DNA from: Lama guanicoe | Taxonomy: Eukaryota | Direction of reading: 5' to 3' | NCBI GenBank assembly: GCA_013239625.1 | Contig: MU056000.1 | Span: forward strand, 12,909,175 to 12,973,174 | DNA: 64,000 bases | Shown here: positions 25,815-38,279 of the stretch, piece after piece | Layout: the number at the start of each line of letters is the position of its first letter | Numbering within the stretch: position 1 is the stretch's first letter | Notes under the pieces: generated by a model | The model's database searches: none | The model's input: only the letters and a program-made list of their open reading frames with translations | Told to the model about the DNA's origin: nothing | Program-made: the position numbers and the translations under genes

Positions 25815-25960
25815 TGTTACTAGTTTATGTATTTCATTTCTCTCTCAGTAGACTGTATGATTCATGAAAAGAGTTTTCAATAATACTCCCATAATTCATA
25901 GAGCCAAACATGTTGACTTGGGCATATTAGATACTCAAAAAATATAAGATGAAGTGAAGT
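25815..25960 (+). mobile_element. L2 3' end fragment
   Basis: tctctcagtagactgtatga...ggcatattagatactcaaaaaatat..atgaagtgaa. Confidence 0.6.
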
Positions 25961-26657
25961 AATTTATAAAGTTTCGGTGCCAGAAGAATGCTATAATTCT
26001 GAAAGGATTGGCCAAGGAAAGTTCACCATATTAATTCCAACCTACAAGGCAGTGAAGGAACCATTTCAATTGTCTGATGTACTACTCAGAGCCTTCTGGA
26101 CCTGTGCAGCCTGCCCAGTGCAATAACATTCAGGGCTGGTGTCTGGGGATCTGGTTTCCAGTCTCAGCCCCAGGTTAGCAGCATAGCTTTCCTTGGTCTT
26201 AGTTTTCCACCTGCAAGTGGATACATATATGTATGCCTATGTGTATATATATGTGAGGATGTGTGTTATGATACACAGTTTCATCAGTGTCGTGCTTACT
26301 GTAACATACTGAATCAAAGATAATCTCACAGGATTAAATGACACATCACAGAGTATTTTTATATTGAAGCCTTTAGGAACTACTTGTTTACCTTATAATA
26401 AATAAAAAGAAATAAATGTATTTAAAAGTATGAGTTGTTCAATAGCACAGTTTGTGATAAAAGCTTTTAAAAAAGCATGTTGCAAGACTGTTAAAATACT
26501 GTGTAAAATATAAATCTACATAGGGTCTACAATACTATTTAAAACATAAACTTACATAAGGTATCAGTATCTTTTACTTTTACAAAAAATTTAGACTAAA
26601 GATAGTTGCATTTAAATGACAGAATTAAAATTTGGGGTGTTAAGATAACCCAGGTAC

Positions 26658-27364
26658 TAACCCTCCTACACTGCTGGTGGGAATGCAGTTTGGTGCAGCC
26701 ACTGTGGAAAACAGTATGGCGATTCCTCAAAAGACTAGGAATAGACTTACCATATGACCCAATCATCCCACACCTGGGCATATATCCAGAAGGAACCCTA
26801 CTTCAGGATGACACCTGCACCCCAATGTTCATAGCAGCACTATTTACAATAGCCAAGACATGGAAACAGCCTAAATGTCCATCAACGGATGACTGGATAA
26901 AGAAGAAGTAGTATATTTATACAATGGAATACTACTCAGCCATAAAAACTGACAACATAACGCCATTTGCAGCAACATGGATGCTCCTGGATTATGTCAT
27001 TCTAAGTGAAGTAAGCCAGAAAGAGAAAGAAAAATACCATATGAGATTGTTCATATGTGGAATCTAAAAAAAAATGAAGCATAAATACAAAACAGAGATA
27101 GACTCATAGACATAGAATACAAACTTGTGGTTGCCAAGGGGGTGGGGAGTGGGAAGGGATAGACGGGATTTCAAAATTGTAAAATAGATAAACAAGATTA
27201 TACTGTATAGCACAGGGAAATATATACAAGATCTTATGGTAGCTCACAGAGAAAAAATGTGACAATGAATATATATATGTTCATGTATACCTGAAAAACT
27301 GTGCTCTACACTGGCATTCAGCACAACATTGTAAAATGACTATAAATCAATAAAAAATGTTAAA
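26658..27364 (+). mobile_element. Young 5'-truncated L1 (camelid-type) with target-site duplication
   Basis: ORF2 C-terminus, 3' UTR and aataaa/A tail. TSD aagataacccaggtac (26642-26657) vs aaaattacccaggtac (27365-27380). Confidence 0.95.
26659..27067 (+). pseudogene. L1 ORF2p C-terminal (Cys-rich) coding remnant with one in-frame stop
   Basis: [24 protein letters not shown]...CTPMFIAALFTIAKTWKQPKCPSTDDWIKKK*YIYTMEYYSAIK...ICGI*. TAG at 26909-26911 lies where L1 normally has Trp. Confidence 0.92.
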
Positions 27365-28689
27365 AAAATTACCCAGGTACGATATAAAATATGGTTTTGT
27401 AAATAGAAAAAGTCAATCCATATGGGAAAATACCACAGTTCATATTATACAGGTTATATTTATGTATTATATATTATATTTCAAATATTCATTTATCAAA
27501 TCAACATTATTACATCTAATCATGACTTTCTTACTCACAGTACACATTTTTAATACTCTAAAGTGTTTGTGGTATTTTATACACCCACAAGGTTTATACC
27601 ATCTCATTAAGTAGTATTAATCTCTGACATAAACTGATAGGTAAAAGAGTAATAAAAGTAAAAAGGGAAAAATAATCTGTTTCTATTCATTTATTTATCA
27701 GAAATATTGAAATAAAAAACCAAAACAATCCTTCAAATTTAAATTAATTTAAAAGAAACAGGGTGCTCACTTTAGTGCATTATCATTGGATATAATTTTT
27801 TTCCTTCTGCACAAGTCCTTTCCCTGCTCACTGAACTGCCTTCTGTTTGGTTATTCCAGCAGTTATGAAAACAAGAAAATTTTCTTATAATGTCTTGGCA
27901 TTAAAGAATGGTGATGCTTTAATTTTGGACCTCCTGTGTCTTCGGCTGGAATGTAGCCTTAGGGGAACACATGTGTATAGGTGAGGAGAAAGGAGACACC
28001 CATTCAACTGGCCAGAGCTTTTGAACAAACCCTGATAATCAATACACCAACAGATGCCATCGCCAGCTTGTCCTGAGATGCTATTCCCAGCTCGGGAATG
28101 AGCTCATTGACTTCGCCGTGGAGAAGTCTTTCAGGGTTTCTCCAGTGTCGTCTAGTTTTGCTGCTGTCCAGAGGCAAAATCTAATAAATCGAGAGACAGA
28201 AGTGTTATATTTCACAGAAGGTGTCCTTATACTTTGCAGATTGAAAATTGAAAAGAAAGAGTGGCTTATTTTGATTAGTTCTATGGCCCTTAACCTCTTA
28301 ACTATTCTTTTCTTTTCTTTTTTTTTAACACTTAAGGGCATTATAGAAAGAAAAAGAAACAATCAAAAGGTAAGAGGAATAGACAAGAAGAAAAAGGCAG
28401 TTTAAAGATTTGTGAATATGAAGGCAAAGAAGGAATGTGGAGATGAAGAAAATCTTCCGTTACTAGTCTGCTGATACTAACTTCTGATTCAACTGCAAAT
28501 TTGAGCATCACTACCTAAGTAAATTTTATGCATTTGTTAAAGTCAAAATGGGTTGAGCAGTTTTTTGTGCATCCAGATACATTTAAATTGCATTTACAGT
28601 TTAGAAATTTCATCCCTTTTTGGGGCATTTTGTTAACTCATCAGTTTGAATAATATAATTATTGTGTAGGTACTATATTTACCATTATT

Positions 28690-28828
28690 TTATTATATAT
28701 ATTTTTTCTCTCTCACCCACTGAAATGTCAATTCCATTGGTGAAGGGATCGTGTGTCTTTTTCGTCTCTCTTTTATCAGCAAAGTCCAGCGGGTTGGTCA
28801 AAGCCAGTAAATATTTGTTGAATAAGTG
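28690..28828 (+). mobile_element. L2 3' end fragment
   Basis: ccactgaaatgtcaattccat..gaagggatcgtgtgtcttttt...cagtaaatatttgttgaataagtg. Confidence 0.65.
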
Positions 28829-29079
28829 GTAGACAGTGTCTTATATAATATGGTTTGGATTTCTTTAGAATTAACTAAACTAATTCGTCATTGGATACAT
28901 TCCATGGAGTACAGTGCTCAGATCTTAACACCATAGCCCAGGCACTGTTTGATCAGAATACTTGAGAATATCATCTCTTTTTGGAGGCCAGTGGTTTTCA
29001 AAGATTTCTTATTTGTGGAAATTGTTCTTTCAAGTAAATGTATATAAAGAACTCCAATTTAATAATAAGAAAAAACACG

Positions 29080-29902
29080 GAATTATTCTTGTTAAAGTGA
29101 AATATATGTATGTATGTACATGAAGGACCAAATACGATCATAATAGTCTTGGAGAAGTAAAAGTTGGGAGAGCTTGCTGTAAAAGATCGAAACATATTGT
29201 AAGACAATAGTAATAAAGCTGGTTTGCAATTGGTTCAGAAGCAAAGAGACCAATGGAATTAAAGACTACAGAAACTGTCATGTATTTTGACTATGGAAGC
29301 ATGGCATTACGAGTAGCGAGGAAATTTTTTCCCATTAAATGGTTCTGGAAAAATTGAGTATTCAATTAAAATAAAATAAACTTTCAGATTATTGAGAACT
29401 TCAAAGTGCAATAAAATTTTAGATAACCTTAAAGTCCTTTGAGCACTTAAGATATGAAATAACATCTTAAACTATCTACAAATAGCTCTAAACATACAGA
29501 AAATACTGATGAAATTTATTATGTTAATATTAAGAACTTTCATTCATGAAAACCCCTAAGGGAGAAAGGACAAGCCATAAAGTAAGGACACTATAGATTA
29601 GGAAAAAAACAGCTTCCCAGGATGCTACAGCTACATAATGTGAATGAAGCACAAATTGTGTTTCAGCTCCCATTACCTCCTTGGCTGCATGGCCCAGTGC
29701 TTGACACCACAGTGTGCATGGGGCAACCTTCATATTGTGGGAGAGGACAGTTACTGTGCATATAACCAATAAAGAACTGGCATTTAGACTATGAAAATAA
29801 CTCCGGTGTTAATAAGGGTAATACAGAAAACACAATAGAAAAAACATGAGCAAAAATCTTGAATGAGCAAATCCTTAAGGAACAAATCCAAAAGACCAAT
29901 AA

Positions 29903-29933
<31 letters not shown>

Positions 29934-30680
29934 AGCTATCATGAATAATCAGAGATCTCAAAATTAAAACCACAAGGAAATTCCATTACATACCTGCTAG
30001 ACTATCTAAATTTAGTTAACTCAGAATATAAAGTGTGTGAAAGATTATGCAGCAATGGAAACTCATAAACTGCTGTAAGAATGAAAATTGGTTCTAGAGT
30101 ATTGATAAATAAATTTATGGACACCCTCTGAGCAATTCCATTTTAAGTGTATTAATATAGAGTGGCGTATTGATACTACACATACAAGGATGTAAACACA
30201 AGAATGCTCATGAAAGTATTACTCACAATTGCTCTTTTCTGGAAACAAACCAAGTGTCTATCAACAATAGAATAGGTAAAATTATGCTGCATTCATGTAA
30301 GATAATATTACAGCTAAGCAAACAAAATAAATACATATGTATGCACATATATCATAATTCTAATTATATTATGTCAAAAGAAGTAAAAACAAAAATACTT
30401 CATAGGAACACAGATTAAGGTACTAAACTAAAGAATACTACAGAAACGGTTAAAATCAAACTCAGCAAAGTGGTTATATCTGGACGGGAGAGGAATGTGA
30501 TCGAGGCAAAATCTTTGAGAAATTTGCACATGCTGACAATATTCTATTTTCTTTTAAATCTTTAAGGTGATTTCTCTTGCTTTCACTTTATTTTTCTTGC
30601 CCATCCCAGTTTTGCTTTATATGTTTTGTATTTGGTTTGTTTTATATATGCTCTCTTTGTGACTAGTTCACAATTTTTAA
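29080..30680 (+). mobile_element. Old L1ME-type ORF2 3' part and 3' UTR
   Basis: aaagttgggagagcttgct, agaccaatggaa, aaattaaaaccacaagg, cagcaatggaaactcata, gcaattccattt, acaagaatgctcat; contains (TA)n at 29906-29932. Confidence 0.75.
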
Positions 30681-30741
30681 ATCAAGAAAAGTATTCTCAA
30701 TTGGCTAATTGGGAATTTACTAATTTTACTGTTTGGGGAGG

Positions 30742-31182
30742 TGTATTAGTTCCTGAGGTTGCTTTCAGAAAGCAGCAAAAACTGTGTGGCTTAAAGCAAG
30801 CAGAAAATTATTCACTCACAATTCTGGAGGTTAGAAATCCAAAATCAAGGTGCTGGCAGGCTCGTGCTTTAGCTAAGGTGTTAGGGGAGAAGTGTTTTCC
30901 TAGTTTCTGTTGGTTGCCAGCATCCTTGGCACTCCTTGGCTTTCAGTTGAGTCACTGCCTGTGTCTTCACGTGGTTGTCATCCCTCTGTGACTCAGACTG
31001 TGTCTGAGTCCAAATTCCCACCTTCTTAGAAGAACAGTGGTCATTAGATTTAGGGGCCCATCTAATCCAGTATGACTGCATCTAAATTTACTGCATCTGC
31101 AAAGACCCTTTTTCCAAATCAGTTCATGTTCTGGGGTTCTGGATGACATGAATTTTGGAGGGAGGCTACTCAATCCAGTACA
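30742..31182 (-). mobile_element. MaLR solo LTR (MLT1C-like)
   Basis: tgtattagttcctgaggttgct...ttctggaggttagaaatccaaaatcaaggtg...catctgcaaagaccctt...caatccagtaca. Confidence 0.9.
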
Positions 31183-32149
31183 TAGGGATATAGTTTAATA
31201 AGTTCATGGGATTTTCTAAATTATATTTTATAAATAGCATTATGAAGTTTTAATTGACAATTCATCTCTAAATCATGAGCCACAGAACCTGGCCCAAGGT
31301 TTGAAATCTTTCCAAACCAAGGTACAACACACATACCTAAAACTGGAGAAAGCAAAGATGATCTGGGTATTTTGAGGAAGGAGTTTTATGGAAATGGTAT
31401 CATATTCTCTATGAAAGCTATGCCAGAAGTGATAGCAATGGTTTTTTATTGAGGATTAGACTCAAAATTATGTTTTGCATTGCCTGAATCTAGCTCAGAG
31501 GAGTTTTAGTTCTGCTAATTACTGAATCTCTCAAAAGGAACACTCTACTCTAATTCTTTAAAAATCAATTGTTCAAAATTAGATAAACATATTTTCAAAC
31601 TGAAAGTCCCAAAGATATTTCATGGGTAGTTAATAATTTCACAATTTTTTTTGTTACAGCTATCTTTTTGCCCATTTATATTAGAGTAAGCATTGGACTT
31701 TAACATAATTTGTGCATTATTTATACTTATTAAATACTAATTATGACTGATTCATATTTTGGGTACTATATGACATCTTTGAATCTAAATAGATTAAAAA
31801 AATATTTTCTCCATGGATAGTTTAAATGACTTTTTCTTTACAATCCTTTAAACTTCTGTACCTATAGTCTGTCAGCTTTCCATTAGTATCTGGAATGTTC
31901 CTTCTCAATACTTTTCAAATATTGAAATATGAGATTTCTATTGGAAAATTTGAGTAATTTTCTCCAAAACCAAATTGTGCATATGCCGTATCTCCTCAAG
32001 TAGCTCAGCCAGCAAAGAAAAACAAAGTGCTTTGGGAGCAGAGTGCGGAAGAGAGGAAGAACAGATCTGGCTTTATTTCAAAGTTAAGAAAAAAAATTGG
32101 CTCCTGGCAGAATCAAAAGCCTGGATTCGATTCAAAATATCATTGAATG

Positions 32150-32300
32150 CTAAATCCGGAAATTATCTTACAAATCGTTATCCAATCCAATCCTTTTATT
32201 TAATAGATGAGGAACTTAAAACCCAGGGAAAATTAATACCAGGCTTAAGGCTCCCTAGCCAGCCAGGCAGAGCTCTGCTTTATTCTATTTCCAGGACCCA
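32150..32300 (-). mobile_element. MIR SINE fragment
   Basis: atccaatccttttatttaatagatgaggaacttaaaacccaggga. Confidence 0.6.
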
Positions 32301-32541
32301 AAGGAATAGACTTGTAAGTACTCCTGCTTTTCCAAATACTCCATATCCATCAGTGACCTGGTTTAGAATCCAAGAAGCCTTGCGCTATTAGTACCTACAG
32401 GGACACTGCTGGAAGCCTCAGGTACTGTTCAGAGGTCAAAAGTAAGTGGCCACAAGTGAGAAATCAGGTTAATACAGATATTTATCTTTCACCCTTTACA
32501 GTACTATCCTGTATCTATTTAGATTATTATAAATAGCACAC

Positions 32542-32646
32542 TAGAATATGAAAAGGATGAATATATATGTATAACTGAACCACTATGCTGTACACCAGAA
32601 ATTAACACAACACTGTAAACTGACTATAATTCAGAAAAGAAAAAAG
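32542..32646 (+). mobile_element. Very short L1 3' terminal insertion (camelid-type)
   Basis: atgtataactgaaccactatgctgtacaccagaaattaacacaacactgtaaactgactata plus A tail. Degenerate TSD aaatagcacac / aagtagcatac. Confidence 0.85.
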
Positions 32647-32914
32647 AAGTAGCATACCAAAGAGAGCCTGATAGATTGAGGATTTAAAAATTTTGGGGTC
32701 CCATGAATAACTGTGGATAAATGTGGTTAATTGTCTTCAGAATGAAAGTAAAATATTAAAAATTTACTTTAATTAACTTTATTCCTTCCCAGCACTTCTC
32801 AGCACAAGTGTCTGCCCAAGGCTTTGTTGACAGGCATGTATCTCCACCTTCTAATTTCTACCTTGGTGCCTTCAGGCCACACAGAAAGTTTTGGTCTCAT
32901 TTCTTCCTTATTGG

Positions 32915-32970
32915 TATATATATATATATATGTGTACACACACACACACATACACACATATACACACATA
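32915..32970. repeat. (TA)n(CA)n compound microsatellite
   Basis: Directly visible. Confidence 0.9.
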
Positions 32971-34594
32971 TAATTTGTTTTGTTTTATCTGGGTCTAAAT
33001 TTTAGAGAGACATTTAGTGTATTTGATCTGTCAGGATATATTTGTCTTTTATATGGATTGAGGGAAAGTGTCAATCATAGATAATAGGGAATTTTAAACT
33101 AGAACCATTTTAAAACACTGTCCCCAATTTAGTTTTCTGCATAATTAGTGACTGTAAATAGATAATCTGAAACACAGATTTAATCTTAAATTTGTGCCAA
33201 CAATACACCCTGAACATATGTCCATTCACGCATTGATAGACAGACCATCTTTTTTTTTAGTGTAGGGGGTTAAATAACATGCCCAGGTCCAATCCAGATC
33301 ATTCCTTGAGCCTTCACCAGCTGTAGGACTGACTCAACAGTCATTTAGGATACTTTCAGGGCTTCAAGATTCCCCCTCCTAAATGGTCAGATCTCTGGCT
33401 TCTTAGCATCTGGAGAGGGGTGGAGTCCAGTCCAGTTTAGACCTACTTCCATGCACTGATGGCTGAGGGATAATATTTGCTGAATAGTCGTTCTCAATGA
33501 ACCTCATTTGAAGCTTTAGATGACTTCTATATTCCAGACAATGCCATGGTTTCTGTGAAAAATATTGCCATGCTCACAGATCTTTTCCAAAGGTATTAAT
33601 TTTATCAATTTTGTATCCCATCGAAAAGTGAACTTCATGCTAAAGGAGTGAATGCCTTCAAGTTCAGTGCTTATATCTCAGCCAACCACCCTTAGACACT
33701 ACAAGATCAAGGCAGCATGGTCGGACATCTGTCTCCTGATGGGCTTTCGGTGGCAGGGATTCTGGCAGTAGTCAAGAAAGACCACTGTTCGGCTGCTCTC
33801 CCTTCTAGCTGCAGGAGTCGATCAAGTGGTAACAATCCCCAGGTAATTTTTAGTTTATAAAAATAAGTACTCTAGTCAGCTTGAGCACCAAATATGACAG
33901 CTTTATTAATTAGCTTTTTCAAGTGTCACTGATTCCAAGGTTATAAAAGGACCAGTTCCAGCATCAAGCACATCTTAAACTTGGAACATGGCCTCACTTC
34001 CTCCCTTCTTGCTCAACACCAGGATTCTCCCACCGCCTGCCATGCTTTTGGACCATCATGGGGCTGTTCCTTCAGAGGTCTCCTTGCCTTCCTTTTCACA
34101 GGCCTTGAGAGAAGCAGTCACAGTCCCTCCACGTTGATTTTCACAATCGTGAAAATCTCTGAGAAGTATTCAAAATCTTGATGCCTACTACACCCAGTGC
34201 CCCCATGTGGAAATGAGTCCATGCCTTCCCCAATGCACTGCATACCATAGTTGTGCTGAAGCTCCCCTGACCAACCACTTCACATACTTTACTGCTAAGT
34301 GGAGGAGTTACTTAAGAACAGCTCTTGAGATCTCCTTTATTTTTACAAAGAACAGCTAACAGTTTTTTTGGCTGGAGACAAAAACAAATTAAATTATTTT
34401 CTAATTGTACACCCTACTATATGTGTTTTATTTATACTTATCAAGTATTGGTAAGCCATAAATTATTGCAACTTGAATTTAATAAACAGGAATAATATTT
34501 GAATAAGATAATATCTTTAAAAGATGTGGAAGTTTATCTTTGTTTTTTGAACAGGGAAAATATCAAACTGTCATGGAATATGTTTCTCAGCTAC

Positions 34595-35570
34595 TTTTTT
34601 TTTTAATAGACATTATTCTTCAGAGCAGTTTTAAGTTTACAGAAAAAAATTGGACAGCTAGTACAGGGACTTCTCAGAAACATTCTTTCTACCACACACA
34701 TTTTTCCCTGTTATGAACATTCTGCCTTAGTGTAGTACATTTGTTACAATTGATGAGCCAATATTGATATTTTATTATTAACTGAAGTCTATAGTTTACA
34801 TTAGGGTTCAATCTTCTTTTGTTTTGTTTTGTGGGAAGAGTTAATTAGGTTTACTTCTGTATTTATTTAATGGGGGTACTGGGGATTGAACCCAGGACCT
34901 TGTGCATGCTAAGCATGTGCTCTACCACTGAGCTATAGCCTCCCCCTAGGGTTTACTCTTTATGTTGTGCATTCTGTGGGTTTTGTCAAACACATAATGG
35001 CACGTGTCCATGATTACAATATCACACAGAACAGTTTTACTCCTCTTATTTATCCCTTCCGTCCCATAAATCCTGGCAACTACTGATATTTTTAACTGAA
35101 TCCATCATTTTGCTATTCCAGAATGTCATATTTTAAAACCATACAGTATGTAGCCTTTACAGATTTACTTCTTTCATTTAGCAATATGTAATTAAGGTTT
35201 TTCCATGTCTTTTCATGGCTTGATAGTTGCTTTCTTTTTATATGTGAATAATGCTCCATTGTAAGGATTTTACGTGCATTGTAAGGAGCTCCATAGTAAT
35301 GCTCAGTTTGTTTATCCATTTACCTACTGACGGACATCTTGGTTGCTTTCAGTTTGGGGCAATTATGAATAAAGCTGCTATAAACATTTATGTGCAGGTT
35401 TTTGTGAAGACATAAGTTTTCAGCTCATTTGGGTAAATACCTGGGAGTGTGATTGCTGGAGAATATGGTAAGAATATGTTTAGCTTTGTAACAAATTGCC
35501 AGAGTGTCTCCCCAAGTGGTTCTACCGTTTTGTAGTCTACCAGCAATGAATGAGTGTTCCTGTTACTTTC
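34595..35570 (-). mobile_element. L1MC1/2-like 3' end, interrupted by a SINE
   Basis: ttaatagac..tt.agagcagttttaagtttacagaaaaa is the antisense L1MC terminus. ORF 35388-35609 contains PYSPAITLPGIYPNELKTYV (ORF2 C-terminus). Confidence 0.9.
34816..34946 (-). mobile_element. tRNA-derived SINE, camelid-type (Vic-1-like), with TSD
   Basis: The minus strand reads ggggaggcTATAGCTCAGTGGtagagcacatgcttagcatgcacaaggtcctGGGTTCAATCCCcagtaccccc plus an A-rich tail (Pol III A and B boxes). TSD tagggttcaatctt (34802-34815) / tagggtttactctt (34947-34960). Confidence 0.92.
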
Positions 35571-37523
35571 ATGGCTACATTTTATATTTTTTAATAAATA
35601 AAAAGCCAACTTTCTACACAGCTGTGGATGAAAACAATTTAGAGGATGGCCATTCTAAGTTAGGTTCAGCTTAACAATCGCAATTTATCTTCTCTTTCAT
35701 TTTGGGAGTAAATTTGAATCTTTCTGCTTCAATAATTAAGATACTTCCTTTAACATGTCTCCCAAAATTCATATTGAAATTCCGACCTTCTCAAGAGCAA
35801 TGAATGCTTTTTCATGTTTGTTTTCTGTTGATATCTTTTCCTTCCACATCCTACTGCAAATTCAGCTAAAACCAGTGTAAGTACCATTGTAAAGCAGCCT
35901 TCAAGTTATTTTTATTATGAAATAGTCTATTTTTTAAAAAGTGAGCTGGAAATAAATATTCTATTAGTTGAAATAGCTCACAGCATGATTCATAGCTTTA
36001 ATATCTGTCTATTCAAATATATTGACACTTTCAAGAATAAACTATGGAATTTCCTAACTTACAATGCTGTGTCAATAGATTTATAATTTACCACCATGTA
36101 CTATATATGTTGTTGGGTTTTTTAAAAAAAAATGTTGTATTCCCTAACAGGATAGTCTTTAAATATGCACCTGCAACTTCTAATTAATGTTACATGTGGA
36201 GCAATTATTTTCTTGGAAATATTTTCAAAAACACAAGTCATGCAAAAAAAATGACACATAACATAGCAATTAGGATAACAATAGATCATTAGTTTTCCTA
36301 TATTAAAATTTTGTCTCTTCCGTTTATCTATCTTCCATTTATTATATATTTTGAGATATTTCTGAAATGTTATCACATGGATGCTCAGAGACACTTTGAC
36401 TCAGTATTAGATATAAATGACAGCTCCATTTTCAAGATCATTTTTAAAGGAAAACTTTACTTACCTTTTATTGTTTGCATGAGCAAACCGTTCTTTCCCA
36501 GGAGGGGACAATATTGGAGTAACATTTTGTCATTTTTGATTTATCTATAGTCTCTTCCTCCCTGGAAGGAAACCACATCACTCATCTGATTGTCACTCTG
36601 GCAGGAGCCCAACGTTTTATTGGTGCAGTTCCTCTTGGGCGAGGAGGAGGCGTGATGTTTGCTGAGTCCCTGTGGCCTGTGGCTTCCTTCCACTGAGTCT
36701 TCCTGCCTCCAGAGTGAATCTGTTCTGTTCCATGTCTCTGCCGTCAGGCAACTAGAGCAAGATCTCTCTTCCCCGAAACTAGGTAGCGCTTGAATCCAAG
36801 TCAGGGACTGAGTCTCAGGAAGGCCACCTGGGCCTTGGCTGAAGCTGTGTCCTCAGATCATCAGTCTCTCAGTAAAGTTGATATCTTGCTCCCCATCTGA
36901 TGCCCAATTCTACTTTTTTTTAAACATTGATTCTCAATTCAGGGAAAGATGGGTTGTGCTTTAACCTCAGAAGTTTCCATCCCAACGTGGAGTAACTATT
37001 CGGAACCATCCATGACCTAACACATCATTTAGACAGCAAATATTTACTAGGAGGGGCTCCCCCCATTTATCAATCCCTTTGTACATGCTAGGAACTGCAT
37101 CTAAGTATTTAATTTGATTTAATTCCTTTTAATCTTAGTTAGGATTTCAAAGACAAAAGTCCCAAATTTAGCACTAGGATTATTCAAGCATTCTTTCTCG
37201 TAAATGAGTGGTTAACAGGGGCTTCTGAAAAATCAAGGAAACCAAAGATTTTTGTTGTTGTTGTTGTTGTTCAAAAGCAACACACAATTTTCAACAGCTG
37301 TAATATATGTTTTAAAAAACATTCTGACATACTGGTGATAGTAATCTTTGGACTGGGGATGAAAAACTCAAGACAGGATGCTTTGACTTTTTCCAATAGA
37401 GCGACCTCTATTTTCACAGAAGTGGAGCCATGGACCAGGACAAACTGTAACCCTATGTGCACCGTGCAAGCTACCTGGTAGACTGAAAATTTGTTTCAGC
37501 AAAACTAGAGATTAGTCAGAGAT

Positions 37524-37574
37524 CTATCTCTCTATCTGTCTATCTATCCATCCATCCATCTATCTATCTGTCTA
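37524..37574. repeat. (TCTA/TCCA)n tetranucleotide repeat
   Basis: Directly visible. Confidence 0.85.
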
Positions 37575-37955
37575 ACACGCAGATTTATCATGTTAGAGGA
37601 AGACCAGCATTGAGTTGTTGCTTCACGTTCCGTGCATATATTCTAGCAGGTGAGAGCACACTGTGGCATGCTCATTTCAAACAAGCTCAGAGTTCAAAAT
37701 CTACTGTAAGGTACAACAGGCACAACCACCTTGCACCCAAAGTCATCTTGTGAGACCAAAAGCTGTATCACTTGGTACTTGAACATGGTTTTCTATTGCC
37801 CATATCTTTGTTTTAAAATCTGTAGAGATTTTCAGCCATTGTCTTTGATTATAACCACCTCCCCTTTCCCCAGAATAAACACAAAATTAATTAACATGTG
37901 ATTTTGTTGCAGTCCATTCTGGATATGGCAGTGACAGTCATCTTAATCAAAGGAT

Positions 37956-38279
37956 GTGTACCCTTCAGTGGAAACTGGAGTGGTCTGCCCATATCCCTTC
38001 TTCATGACCAGCACAGTCATCTCAGATGCTGGTGGAATCATGTGGTTTTGACGCCTCGTATCTCTGTTTCTCACTGGGAATTACGTTCTGCCTTAGGAGA
38101 CTGCCTTGCTTAAGGTTACACCCCTTCTGGTAGCAATTCATATCTAACAATGTCTCTGTGTGTCTAATCTTGATTTCTTCACTTTCTTGAATGGTGTATC
38201 TCCCAAGATCACTCTGGGATAACTCCTGCATGAACTTATTCACCTTAGTATTTGTTTCTGGGGAACTTGACCCAAGACA
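37956..38279 (+). mobile_element. ERVL 5' LTR (LTR16-like)
   Basis: Ends tgtttctggggaacttgacccaagaca, typical of LTR16, and is directly followed by the PBS-like internal start gttattaccaagaggggatgcaggaag. Confidence 0.75.

Noticed and set aside
26606..26911. 101-aa ORF as a host gene
   Set aside because: It is the L1 ORF2p C-terminus of a truncated retrotransposon.
31975..32391. 138-aa ORF
   Set aside because: Runs through a MIR fragment; non-ATG start; no recognisable protein.
34870..34946. tRNA gene
   Set aside because: The tRNA-like head is followed by an A-rich tail and flanked by a TSD, so it is a SINE rather than a tRNA gene.
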